A stretch of DNA of 64,000 nt from Macrostomum lignano (Eukaryota), in the NCBI GenBank assembly GCA_002269645.1, contig NIVC01001061.1, positions 186,001 to 250,000 of the forward strand, given 5' to 3'. Below the pieces are notes generated by a model. It saw only the letters and a list, made by a program, of their open reading frames with translations, had not been told where the DNA came from and searched no databases. Both the position numbers and the translations under genes were made by a program. Shown here piece after piece: positions 18,884 through 31,900 of the stretch (the first letter of the stretch is position 1; every line of letters begins with the position of its first letter).

Positions 18884-19580
18884 CAGTGTACACGGACAGG
18901 GAGGGTGCTGAGGAGCCAGTGTACACAGACAGGGAGGGTGCTGAGGAGCCAGTGTACACAGACAGGGAGGGTGCTGAGGAGCCAGTGTACACAGACAGGG
19001 AGGGTGCTGAGGAGCCAGTGTACACAGACAGGGAGGGTGCTGAGGAGCCAGTGTACACAGACAGGGAGGGTGCTGAGGAGCCAGTGTACACGGACAGGGA
19101 GGGTGCTGAGGAGCCAGTGTACACGGACAGGGAGGGTGCTGAGGAGCCAGTGTACACAGACAGGGAGGGTGCTGAGGAGCCAGTGTACACAGACAGGGAG
19201 GGTGCTGAGGAGCCAGTGTACACAGACAGGGAGGGTGCTGAGGAGCCAGTGTACACAGACAGGGAGGGTGCTGAGGAGCCAGTGTACACAGACAGGGAGG
19301 GTGCTGAGGAGCCAGTGTACACGGACAGGGAGGGTGCTGAGGAGCCAGTGTACACGGACAGGGAGGGTGCTGAGGAGCCTGTGTACACAGACAGGGAGGG
19401 TGCTGAGGAGCCAGTGTACACAGACAGGGAGGGTGCTGAGGAGCCAGTGTACACAGACAAGGCGCAAAGGAGCCAGAGTACACAGACAGGGAGGGCGCAC
19501 AGGAGCCAGAGTACACAGACAGGGAGGGCGCACAGGAGCCAGAGTACACAGACAGGGAGGGCGCCGGGGAGCCAGTGTAC
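18884..19580. repeat. 33-bp tandem repeat (GTGTACACAGACAGGGAGGGTGCTGAGGAGCCA)n
   Basis: About 20 units directly downstream of the coiled-coil gene. Confidence 0.96.
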
Positions 19581-19619
19581 ACAGTCAGCATTAACAGCAA
19601 GGCGAAGGCGGGCAGCAGC

Positions 19620-21992
19620 CTAGCTGATGTACCAGTCCCATTTTCTCGAGTCGCCTTCACTCATGAGGTCGTCGGGCAGGTCAAGAGTCTCGCTGGCCAG
19701 CGCGGCCGCAGCGCAGTCGTAGCTCAGCAGGCGCATCGCCCGGCTAAGGTCGCTGTCGTCGACATCCTCGCCAGCAGCCAGCTGGGCAGCAGAGTCGCCA
19801 TCAACAGTTGCCGGGGCCATAGCGGCGGCCAGTCGGTCAACGCCAGCCTGGTTGGCCTGGGCCAGCCTGCCGAGCTCCTCCTCCACTGTCTGCATCTCGG
19901 CGTGCGCCTGCCGGCAGCAGCGCTCCAGGTGAGCGGCGCAGACCAGCGGCGATTGGTTGGCGCGCAAGTCGTGCCTCAGCTCGGCCAGCGAGTCCAGGCC
20001 GGCCCAGATCTCTCTGAGCAGCCGCTCGCATCGGTCAGCCGAGGTCTCCTCCTGGGAGCCGCCGCCGCCGCCGCTGCGGAGCCGTTGCTCCTCGGCCGCC
20101 AGCTCGAGCTGCTCTTCGGCCAGCCGGTCGCGCTCCGCCTCAACCAGGTCGGCGGCCTCGGCCTCGGCCAGGCGTTGCCGACTGTCCGACAGGCCGGCCA
20201 GGGCCAGCTCGGCGTCCGACTCAAGCTGGGCGAGCCGGTCCTGCAGCCGGCCGAGCTCGGACTCGGCGGCCGGATCGCGCAGCTGGTCCAGCTGGGCCCG
20301 CAGGTGCCGGTGCTGAGCGGGCGAAGTGCCGTCCAGCAGCCAGGCCAGGTAGTCGTCGTAGGCGCACTGGGAAAGAGTAGAAGACGACGGAGTGTAAAGT
20401 AATTTTCGATACATATTGACAGTTAAAGATCTTATGATAGCGATTGTAAAGTAGTTTTTGATACATATCGGCAGTAAAATACGCTAAACGACGGAGTGTT
20501 AAGTAATTTTCGATACATATCGGCAGTAAAATACCTTATACGACGGAGTGTAAAGTAATTTTCGATACATATCGGCTATAACAAAAACGTTTTACGAAGT
20601 TATATAGTCTCAGTGTAAAGAACCCGGTTAAACGTTTTTTTCTCGATACATATCGACCCGCTTAGAGTACGCGACGTAAATATTCTTAACATGCTAAAAT
20701 GCCACTACAAGTAGACAGTGACAAACCTTAATTCGATGCAGCACAGAGCCAAACGTATTAGACTGCCTGATAATCTCTTCAAGAGCGGCTGAGTACAGCT
20801 GCAGCCGGTGAAAACTGGGCCCGGTCGAGTTGCCAAAGTGAATCCGCAAATTCTGCGAGAAAAATGAGCTTTATGCACAATAATTACCGGTATGAACTTT
20901 AATTTTGCGCGAAAATTTCATGTAATTATTGGACTGTGATTTTGGGATTAATCATTAAGAACGGTGAATAAGTGCTTCGTGATGCGTGAATTGCATACCT
21001 TCCAGAACATTTCTGAGTTCATCCAGGTCAGAGTCACTTTAAGGTGAGGATTGAGAGAGCAGAGAAATAAATATATTAATTATAAGTAAAGTAAAATACT
21101 CGGGTCATAGACACATGGACTCGGGTCATAGACACATGGACTCGGGTCATAGATACATGGACTCGGGTCATAGACACATGGACTCGGGTCATAGACACAT
21201 GGACTCGGGTCATAGACACATGGACTCGGGTCATAGACACATGGACTCGGGTCATAGATACATGGACTCGGGTCATAGACACATGGACTCGGGTCATAGA
21301 CACATGGACTCGGGTCATAGACACATGGATTCCGGTCATAGACACATGGATTCCGGTCATAGACACATGGACTCGCGCCATAGACACATGGATTCCGGTC
21401 AGAAACCAGTGCCAATCCCACAGATTCAATTCACCTCCTGCAGCCTCAGCTCGAGGTCCCGCACAGCACCGTAGCCGCTCATGAGGTCCTGCTCGGTGGT
21501 GTCCTGCTCCCGCACCAGCCGTTTCCGCACCAGCTGGGCCCGACGATAATTGGCCGCGTGGCTGCCGTCGCTTCCTGTCTCGACGGGCGCCAGGAAGCGC
21601 TGCGGCGGCGCCGTCGGCGGCAGAATCTCTTCAACTAGAGCTTCCCGGTGCAGCTCCGGCTGCTGAGGAGCCTTGGGTTGCTGCTGCTGATGCTGCTTTG
21701 GCGCCGGAAGTCGCACCCGTCGCACCGGCACGCTCGTGTCTGTTGACCCAACAGCGCCATTCGGCGATCCGGCGCCGTCCGCCCGTTCCAGCAGGCGATT
21801 CCGCTGCGGCGGATCTGGCGGCTTGTACAGCCGCGACTCGTTGAGGTGACCGACGGTGAATTCGCGTACGTCTGATTTGTGCGCCGCCTCGAGACCGTCA
21901 AGAAGTCGGCCCAGCGGCGCTGGCGGCGGCGTCGGGACGGCCGACGGCGCCGGAGGCCGACGAGCGGCGGCGGCGGCAACTACAGGCGGCGG
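19620..21992 (-). CDS. C6orf118-like / TSNAXIP1_N-domain coiled-coil protein (5'-partial)
   Basis: Phase-0 exons 21435-21992 (..LLDGLEAAHKSDVREFTVGHLNESRLY..QDLMSGYGAVRDLELRLQE), 20727-20852 (NLRIHFGNSTGPSFHRLQLYSAALEEIIRQSNTFGSVLHRIK) and 19620-20366 (CAYDDYLAWLL..coiled coil..*). Family assignment is from recalled motifs, not a search; start exon not found. Confidence 0.7.
21100..21400. repeat. 21-bp tandem repeat (GACTCGGGTCATAGACACATG)n, intronic
   Basis: About 14 units. Confidence 0.95.
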
Positions 21993-22493
21993 CTGAAGTT
22001 TTAAGAAAAAAGAATATTATTTTGGCTTTGCCTACTCATAGTAGTCAAAGTTCTAGCAAAAAGTTCTCTAAAACAGGAAGTTTCGAGCTTGTGGAAGCGA
22101 CCGAGATTAACCCCTGTTCCTTAATTTTGCCAGTACAATTAAAATAAATACGCGCAAACAAGCCCAATCAGTTTCAAAGTTAATATATTAATCATATTTG
22201 CATTAAGAACTAACGGAAACGAAAAGAATGGCACTAGACTTCGCGCTAGTGAGTTCGAGAGCAAGACTGGGTAAACAATGGGAAAATCGGCCTTCAAAAC
22301 AAAGTTTCTATTATTCAATAGACAGCACCAAGAAACACTGGTGTGAAAAAAAATTACAGAGCAAAGCTTCAACGGGAATACAGAAGCAGAACGTGTAGGA
22401 AATCTGTTAGAAGGCATGAACACTTTTTATTGCAGTTTGAGGCTGAAAGCACAAAATAATTGATGGTCATAAACAAAGGCAAACATAGACAAC

Positions 22494-22712
22494 CATGACT
22501 TCTGGTCATTGACATACCTATGACTTCTGGCCATTGACATACCTATGACTTCTGGTCATTGACATACCTATGACTTCTGGTCATTGACATACCTATGACT
22601 TCTGGTCATTGATATACCCATGACTTCTGGTCATTGATATACCCATGACTTCTGGTCATTGACATACCCATGACTTCTGGTCATTGATATACCTATGACT
22701 TCTGGTCATAGA
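22494..22712. repeat. 25-bp tandem repeat (GACATACCTATGACTTCTGGTCATT)n
   Basis: About 8 units; each contains the small palindrome ATGAC-N5-GTCAT. Confidence 0.92.
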
Positions 22713-22973
22713 CATAAACGTGGGTAATACACAGAAAATAATAAGCAACGATAATTTAAAAATCAAAAATTAAAAACATCATGAACCAGCGAGTTTGCTA
22801 TAATCACTACTTACTGCTAATTGATAACCAATGACTTGCTACTATTTCGTAATTTCAACATGAAACATTTCGCATGGCACAATAAAATAAAAAAGAATGC
22901 AATGAGATGAAACAAAATTAAAAAACCGCTTAGTCAATTCAAGCAATCGAACAAAAAACGCAAAAAATCCGAA

Positions 22974-25900
22974 TCAACGCTTGATTCCGGGGAAGCTGTA
23001 CTTGGCCGATTTGACAAAACGGACGCCTTCCGCCGGCCGATGCAGCTCAAATATCATCACCTGCAGAGGATGGGCATGAAAATAGTGCTAAAAGAAATGC
23101 CTTTTTTGTGCACTGGGCAATTTTTAATGTGATTATTTAATTGCCTTAATTCCAATGCTAACATTGAACTTTGTTATGGGAATGAGGTTGGAAAGAGGGG
23201 AAGGTATATCAAAGAGGGAAAAAAGGGAGGTGGAAGAGAGCAGATCAGAGAGGGGAGAGAGCAGGGCAGAGAGGGGAGAGAGCAGGGTAGAGAGGGGAGA
23301 GAGCAGGGCAGAGAGGGAGAGAGCAGGGTAGAGAGGGAGAGAGCAGGGCAGAGAGGGGAGAGAGCAGGATAGAGGGGAGAGAGCAGGCAGAGAGGGCAGA
23401 GAGCAGGATAGAGGGGAGAGAGCAGGGCAGAGAGGGGAGAGAGCAGGATAGAGAGGGAGAGAGCAGGGCAGAGAGGGGAGAGAGCAGGATAGATGGGAGA
23501 GAGCAGGGTAGAGAGGGGAGAGAGCAGGGTAGAGAGGGGAGAGAGCAGGATAGAGGGGAGAGAGCAGGGCAGAGAGGGGAGAGAGCAGGGCATAGAGGGG
23601 AGAGAGCAGGGCAGAGAGGGGAGAGAGCAGGGCAGAGAGGGGAGAGAGCAGGGCAGAGAGGGGAGAGAGCAGGGCAGAGAGGGGAGAGAGCAGGGCAGAG
23701 AGGGGAGAGAGCAGGATAGAGGGGAGAGAGCAGGGCAGAGAGGGGAGAGAGCAGGGTAGAGAGGGGAGAGAGCAGGGCAGAGAGGGGAGAGAGCAGGATA
23801 GAGGGGAGAGAGCAGGGCAGAGAGGGGAGAGAGCAGGATAGAGGGGAGAGAGCAGGGCAGAGAGGGGAGAGAGCAGGGTAGAGGGGAGAGAGCAGGATAG
23901 AGGGGAGAGAGCAGGGCAGAGAGGGGAGAGAGCAGGGCAGAGAGGGGAGAGAGCAGGGCATAGAGGGGAGAGAGCAGGGCAGAGAGGGAGAGAGCAGGGC
24001 AGAGAGGGGAGAGAGCAGGGCAGAGAGGGGAGAGAGCAGGATAGAGGGGAGAGAGCAGGGCAGAGAGGGGAGAGAGCAGGGCAGAGAGGGGAGAGAGCAG
24101 GATAGATGGGAGAGAGCAGGGTAGAGAGGGGAGAGAGCAGGGTAGAGAGGGGAGAGAGCAGGATAGATGGGAGAGAGCAGGGTAGAGAGGGGAGAGAGCA
24201 GGGTAGAGAGGGGAGAGAGCAGGGCATAGAGGGGAGAGAGCAGGGCAGAGAGGGGAGAGAGCAGGGTAGAGAGGGGAGAGAGCAGGGCAGAGAGGGGAGA
24301 GAGCAGGGCATAGAGGGGAGAGAGCAGGGCAGAGAGGGGAGAGAGCAGGGCAGAGAGGGGAGAGAGCAGGGCATAGAGGGGAGAGAGCAGGGTAGAGAGG
24401 GGAGAGAGCAGGATAGAGGTGAGAGAGCAGGGAAGAGAGGGGAGAGAGCAGGGCAGAGAGGGGAGAGAGCAGGATAGATGGGAGAGAGCAGGGTAGAGAG
24501 GGGAGAGAGCAGGGCAGAGAGGGGAGAGAGCAGGGCATAGAGGGGAGAGAGCAGGGCATAGAGGGGAGAGAGCAGGGCAGAGAGGGGAGAGAGCAGGGCA
24601 TAGAGGGGAGAGAGCAGGGCAGAGAGGGGAGAGAGCAGGGCAGAGAGGGAGAGAGCAGGGCAGAGAGGGGAGAGAGCAGGGCATAGAGGGGAGAGAGCAG
24701 GGCAGAGAGGGGAGAGAGCAGGATAGAGGGGAGAGAGCAGGGCAGAGAGGGGAGAGAGCAGGGCAGAGAGGGGAGAGAGCAGGGTAGAGAGGGGAGAGAG
24801 CAGGATAGAGGTGAGAGAGCAGGGAAGAGAGGGGAGAGAGCAGGGCAGAGAGGGGAGAGAGCAGGATAGATGGGAGAGAGCAGGGTAGAGAGGGGAGAGA
24901 GCAGGGCAGAGAGGGGAGAGAGCAGGGTAGAGAGGGGAGAGAGCAGGGTAGAGAGGGGAGAGAGCAGGATAGATGGCAGAGAGCAGGGTAGAGAGGGGAG
25001 AGAGCAGGGTAGAGAGGGGAGAGAGCAGGGTAGAGAGGGGAGAGAGCAGGGTAGAGAGGGGAGAGAGCAGGGTAGAGAGGGGAGACAGCAGGGCAGAGAG
25101 GGGAGAGAGCAGGGTAGAGAGGGGAGAGAGCAGGGCAGAGAGGGGAGAGAGCAGGGCAGAGAGGGGAGAGAGCAGGGCAGAGAGGGGAGAGAGCAGGATA
25201 GAGGGGAGAGAGCAGGGCAGAGAGGGGAGAGAGCAGGGCAGAGAGGGGAGAGAGCAGGGCAGAGAGGGGAGAGAGCAGGGCATAGAGGGGAGAGAGCAGG
25301 GCAGAGAGGGGAGAGAGCAGGGCATAGAGGGGAGAGAGCAGGGCAGAGAGGGAGAGAGCAGGGCATAGAGGGGAGAGAGCAGGGCAGAGAGGGGAGAGAG
25401 CAGGGCAGAGAGGGGAGAGCAGGGCAGAGAGGGGAGAGAGCAGGGCAGAGAGGGAGAGAGCAGGGCAGAGAGGGGAGAGCAGGGTAGAGAGGGGAGAGAG
25501 CAGGATAGAGGGGAGAGAGCAGGGAAGAGAGGGGAGAGAGCAGGGTAGAGAGGGGAAAGAGCAGGGCAGAGAGGGGAGAGAGCAGGATAGAGGGGAGAGA
25601 GCAGGGCAGAGAGGGGAGAGAGCAGGATAGAGGGGAGAGAGCAGGGCAGAGAGGGGAGAGAGCAGGGTAGAGAGGGGAGAGAGCAGGGCAGAGAGGGGAG
25701 AGAGCAGGATAGATGGGAGAGAGGAGGGTAGAGAGGGGAGAGAGCAGGGTAGAGAGGGGAGAGAGCAGGGTAGAGAGGGGAGAGAGCAGGGTAGAGAGGG
25801 GAGAGAGCAGGGCAGAGAGGGGAGAGAGCAGGATAGAGGGGAGAGAGCAGGGCAGAGAGGGGAGAGAGCAGGATAGAGGGGAGAGAGCAGGGCAGAGAGG

Positions 25901-28900
25901 GGAGAGAGCAGGGTAGAGGGGAGAGAGCAGGATAGAGGGGAGAGAGCAGGGCAGAGAGGGGAGAGAGCAGGGCATAGAGGGGAGAGAGCAGGGCAGAGAG
26001 GGGAGAGAGCAGGGCAGAGAGGGGAGAGAGCAGGGCAGAGAGGGGAGAGAGCAGGGCAGAGAGGGGAGAGAGCAGGATAGAGGGGAGAGAGCAGGGCAGA
26101 GAGGGGAGAGAGCAGGGCAGAGAGGGGAGAGAGCAGGGCATAGAGGGGAGAGAGGAGGGCAGAGAGGGGAGAGAGCAGGGCATAGAGGGGAGAGAGGAGG
26201 GCAGAGAGGGGAGAGAGCAGGGCAGAGAGGGGAGAGAGCAGGGCAGAGAGGGGAGAGAGCAGGGCAGAGAGGGGAGAGAGCAGGGCAGAGAGGGGAGAGA
26301 GCAGGGCAGAGAGGGAGAGAGCAGGGCAGAGAGGGAGAGAGCAGGGCATAGAGGGGAGAGAGCAGGGCAGAGAGGGGAGAGAGCAGGGCAGAGAGGGGAG
26401 AGAGCAGGGCAGAGAGGGGAGAGAGCAGGGCAGAGAGGGGAGAGAGCAGGATAGAGGGGAGAGAGCAGGGCATAGAGGGGAGAGAGCAGGGCAGAGAGGG
26501 GAGAGAGCAGGGCAGAGAGGGGAGAGAGCAGGGCATAGAGGGGAGAGAGCAGGGCAGAGAGGGGAGAGAGCAGGGCAGAGAGGGGAGAGAGCAGGGCAGA
26601 GAGGGGAGAGAGCAGGGCATAGAGGGGAGAGAGCAGGGCAGAGAGGGGAGAGAGCAGGGCATAGAGGGGAGAGAGCAGGGCAGAGAGGGGAGAGAGCAGG
26701 GCAGAGAGGGGAGAGAGCAGGGCAGAGAGGGGAGAGAGCAGGGCATAGAGGGGAGAGAGCAGGGCAGAGAGGGGAGAGAGCAGGATAGAGGGGAGAGAGC
26801 AGGGCAGAGAGGGGAGAGAGCAGGATAGAGGGGAGAGAGCAGGATAGAGGGGAGAGAGCAGGGCAGAGAGGGGAGAGAGCAGGGCAGAGAGGGGAGAGAG
26901 CAGGGCATAGAGGGGAGAGAGCAGGGCAGAGAGGGGAGAGAGCAGGGCAGAGAGGGGAGAGAGCAGGGCAGAGAGGGGAGAGAGCAGGGCAGAGAGGGGA
27001 GAGAGCAGGGCAGAGAGGGGAGAGAGCAGGATAGAGGGGAGAGAGCAGGGCAGAGAGGGGAGAGAGCAGGATAGAGGGGAGAGAGCAGGGCAGAGAGGGG
27101 AGAGAGCAGGGCATAGAGGGGAGAGAGCAGGGCAGAGAGGGGAGAGAGCAGGGCAGAGAGGGGAGAGAGCAGGGCAGAGAGGGGAGAGAGCAGGGCATAG
27201 AGGGGAGAGAGCAGGGCAGAGAGGGGAGAGAGCAGGGCATAGAGGGGAGAGAGCAGGGCAGAGAGGGGAGAGAGCAGGGCAGAGAGGGGAGAGAGCAGGG
27301 CAGAGAGGGGAGAGAGCAGGGCATAGAGGGGAGAGAGCAGGGCAGAGAGGGGAGAGAGCAGGATAGAGGGGAGAGAGCAGGGCAGAGAGGGGAGAGAGCA
27401 GGATAGAGGGGAGAGAGCAGGATAGAGGGGAGAGAGCAGGGCAGAGAGGGGAGAGAGCAGGGCAGAGAGGGGAGAGAGCAGGGCATAGAGGGGAGAGAGC
27501 AGGGCAGAGAGGGGAGAGAGCAGGGCAGAGAGGGGAGAGAGCAGGGCAGAGAGGGGAGAGAGCAGGGCAGAGAGGGGAGAGAGCAGGGCAGAGAGGGGAG
27601 AGAGCAGGATAGAGGGGAGAGAGCAGGGCAGAGAGGGGAGAGAGCAGGATAGAGGGGAGAGAGCAGATAGGCAGAGGTAAATAGGGGGGAGATGAATCGC
27701 AGATAGAGAGCGAGAAGAGATGATATGTAGGGAGAGAGAGAGAGACAGAGATAGGAGGAACAGAAGAACAAGCAGCAAAGAGGAAACAAAAGGATCTGGG
27801 ACAGAATGCAGGAGAATTCCAATCCTCTCCTAGAAGTTATCAATCACCTCGTTCTGTCCCGAGCGCAGAAACGGAGCCGGCAGGTACAGAGTCTTCTGCG
27901 GGCCGACATTCCAGTACCGGCCGATGTTCTCCCCGTTGACGAACACGACGCCCTTGACCCAGTCCGACATGTCGACGAAGGTGTCACGCGGCAGCTCATC
28001 GGCGCCGATGTCTAGCAGGACACGGTGCAGACTGGGGCCGGGGAGACGGCGGGCGCCGCGGTGGCGGGAGCTCCGGCTGTGCCGTTGGCAGTGGCGACTG
28101 GAACCTTAGGCGGGACGGGCGGCTTGCGCACGGGTTTCCAGGCCTCGTTGCTACCCAGCAGTTTGGCCAGGAACGGCTTGCGAAAGTCCAACGAGACAAT
28201 CTTGTAGCTGCGAAGCGGCCGGCCGTCCAGGGCCAGCTGGCCCGGCGATTGCACGCCTGGCGACGACTTGCTCGAAGCCGCCGGCACCGCCGCAGACACG
28301 CCTTTGCGTTGGCGATTAAACGAACTTGACTGGAAGGTGGCGTAGTTCACCCGGCCGAGGTTTTCAACAAGGACGTCGAGGACGCTGGAAGACGAGGATG
28401 CTGCTTGATCGGCGACAGCGGCGGCAGCAGCTTTGCGGCTGGGTAGCGACTTGGCCAGGCTGAGGTGGGTGACAGGCGGGGCGGCCTCAGGCAGCGGGTG
28501 GTACACCACTCCGGACATGGGGTCGGCCGGGTCGATAGGAGCACCGTTGACGAGCACCTGCGTGTGATTGACAGACATGCCAGTGCGATGCTGCTGTATT
28601 TCATTTTTTAATAACTCCAAATCCAAAGACTTAAGTAGAGGCCTCAACTGTCCCAGGATTATCAATAGATCCCTCACAGGATTCTCAATGGATCCCAACA
28701 GGATTATCAATAGATTCCCCACAGGATTCTTAATGGATCCCAACAGGATTATCAATAGATCCCCACAGGATTATCAATAGATCCCAACAGGATTATCAAT
28801 AGATCCCAACAGGATTATCAATAGATCCCCACAGGATTATCAATAGATCCCCTAGGATTACTAATAGATCCCCACAGGATTCTTAATAGATCTCTATAAG

Positions 28901-31900
28901 ATTACCAATAGATCCCCATAGGATTATCAATAGATCCCCACAGGATCATCAATAGATCCCCACAGGATTATCAATAGATCCCCATAGGATTATCAATAGA
29001 TCCCCACAGGATTCTCAATAGATCCCCTCAGGATTACCAATAGATCCCCACAGGATCATCAATAGATCCCCACAGGATTATCAATAGATCCCTACAGGAT
29101 TACCAATAGATCCCCACAGGATTATCAATAGATCTTCACAGGATTATCAATAGATCCCCACAGGATTCTCAATAGATCCCCACAGGATTATCAATAGATC
29201 CCCACAGGATTATCAATAGATCCCCACAGGATTACCAATAGATCCCCACAGGATTATCAATAGATCTCCACAGGATTATCAATAGATCCCCACAGGATTA
29301 GCCATAGATCTCCACAGGATTATCAATAGATCCCCACAGGATTATCAATAGATCCCCACAGGATTACCAATAGATCCCCACAGGATTATCAATAGATCTC
29401 CACAGGATTATCAATAGATCCCCACAGGATTAGCCATAGATCTCCACAGGATTATCAATAGATCCCCATAGGATTATCAATAGATCCCACAGGATTACCA
29501 ATAGATCCCCACAGGATCATCAATAGATCCCCACAGGATTACCAATAGATCCCCACAGGATCATCAATAGATCCCCACAGGATTATCAATGGATCACCAC
29601 AGGATTCTCAGTAGATTCCCCACATGATTCTTAATAGATCCCCACAGGATCATCAATAGATCCCCACAGGATTATCAATAGGTCCCCACATGATTCTCAA
29701 TAGATCCCCACAGGATTCTCAATAGATTCCCCTAGGATTCTCAATAGATTCCCCCAGGACATTCAAAAGAGAGCTATAATAAATCAGCCATACCTGAGCC
29801 CTGTCAGCAACGTGGCCAAAAATAGTGAGGTCCTTAGCGGACTCAAAAGCGGACCGGTACAGAATAAAGCCGTAGTTCTGGTGCACCTCCTCCATGAACT
29901 TTAGAGTCTCGGACATTGTTGTCTTCTAAAAGAAGGCAAGTTTATAAATACGTATAATCGCACAATAGGATTAAAAAAGTGACTTGTACACAATAGACAA
30001 ACTTACATCGACCATTTCAACAAGTTTGTCCCAGTGCATGGTCCATTTCACTGGCCAACTACCTGAAATGTCAGATATCTTATTAAGCAGTGAAGATTTT
30101 TATCCAAACTTGGAGTAACTTTAGTCAGGAGTGATTTCGGTCAGTTGTAATTTCGGTCAGGAGTGATTTTCGTCATGTGTAATTTCAGTCAGGTGTGATT
30201 TCGGTAAGGTTTAATTTGGTCAGGGGCAATTTCGGTCAGGTGTGATCTCGGTCAGGTGTAATTTGGGTCAGGGGTAATTTCGGTCAGGTGTGATTTTGGT
30301 CAGGGGTAATTTCGGTCAGGTGTGATCTCGGTCAGGTGTAATTTGGGTCAGGGGTAATTTCGGTCAGGTGTGATTTTGGTCAGGGGTAATTTCGGTCAGG
30401 TGTGATCTCGGTCAGGTGTAATTTGGGTCAGGGGTAATTTCGGTCAGGTGTGATTTTGGTCAGGGGTAATTTCGGTCAGGTGTGATCTCGGTCAGGTGTA
30501 ATTTGGGTCAGGTGTAATTTCGGTCAGGTGTAATTTCGGTCAGGTGTGATCTCGGTCAGGTGTAATTTCGGTCAGGTGTGATCTCGGTCAGATGTAATTT
30601 CGGTCAGGTGTAATTTCGGTCAGGTGTAATTTCGGTCAGGTGTGATCTCGGTCAGGTGTAATTTCGGTCAGGTGTGATCTCGGTCAGGTGTAATTTGGGT
30701 CAGGGGTAATTTCGGTCAGGTGTGATTTTGGTCAGGGGTAATTTCGGTCAGGTGTGATCTCGGTCAGGTGTAATTTGGGTCAGGGGTAATTTCGGTCAGG
30801 TATAATTTTGGTCAGGGGTAATTTCGGTCAGGTGTGATCTCGGTCAGGTGTAATTTGGGTCAGGGGTAATTTCGGTCAGGTGTGATTTTGGTCAGGGGTA
30901 ATTTCGGTCAGGTGTGATCTCGGTCAGGTGTAATTTGGGTCAGGGGTAATTTCGGTCAGGTGTGATTTTGGTCAGGGGTAATTTTGGTCAGGGGTAATTT
31001 CGGTCAGGTGTGATTTTGGTCAGGGGTAATTTCGGTCAGGTGTGATCTCGGTCAGGTGTAATTTCGGTCAGGTATAATTTCGGTCAGATGTAAATTCGGT
31101 CAGGTGTGATCTCGGTCAGGTGTAATTTGGGTCAGGGGTAATTTCGGTCAGGTGTGATTTTGGTCAGGGGTAATTTCGGTCAGGTGTGATCTCGGTCAGG
31201 TGTAATTTCGGTCAGGTATAATTTCGGTCAGATGTAATTTCGGTCAGGTGTGATCTCGGTCAGGTGTAATTTGGGTCAGGGGTAATTTCGGTCAGGTGTG
31301 ATTTTGGTCAGGGGTAATTTCGGTCAGGTGTGATCTCGGTCAGGTGTAATTTCGGTCAGGTATAATTTCGGTCAGATGTAATTTCGGTCAGGTATAATTT
31401 CGGTCAGGTGTTATTTCGGACAAGTTTTTCCTGTATAATTTTTCAATGATTTTTCAATTATAATTTTTACGCCTGTTAATAACTTTTGTTTTTTGTTATA
31501 TAAAATAAAAACCCGGAAATTTTGAAACATTATAACAAAGATTTTTTAAAAAGAAGCATTTTTTGAGATAAAAGCAATTTTAGGTTCATTAGTTTGATTA
31601 TTGACCAGAATGACCCCTATTGGCCCCAATTGACCCTATATGCCTCACCGTAGTCTTTAGTAGGAATCGGGGCCGGTATATCCGGCAAGCTTTTCACGGC
31701 AGTTTTAGACAGCCTGGCCAGCATGAGCTCGCGAATTCGGTGATATTTTTCAGTTGGCTGCCCGTTCTCGCTCAGCGGGGCGTCATAATCGTAGCTGGTG
31801 ATTAGCGGCGATCCGGTGATGCCGTTGTAGCCGTTCATGAAACCGAAATTGGTGCCGCCGTGGAACATGTACAGATTGATGCTGGCGCCCTGGTCTAGCA

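Noticed and set aside
23133-27843. Very long ORFs (1016-1534 aa) in several frames
   Set aside because: They are stop-free translations of a purine/pyrimidine satellite lying in beta-gal intron 10.
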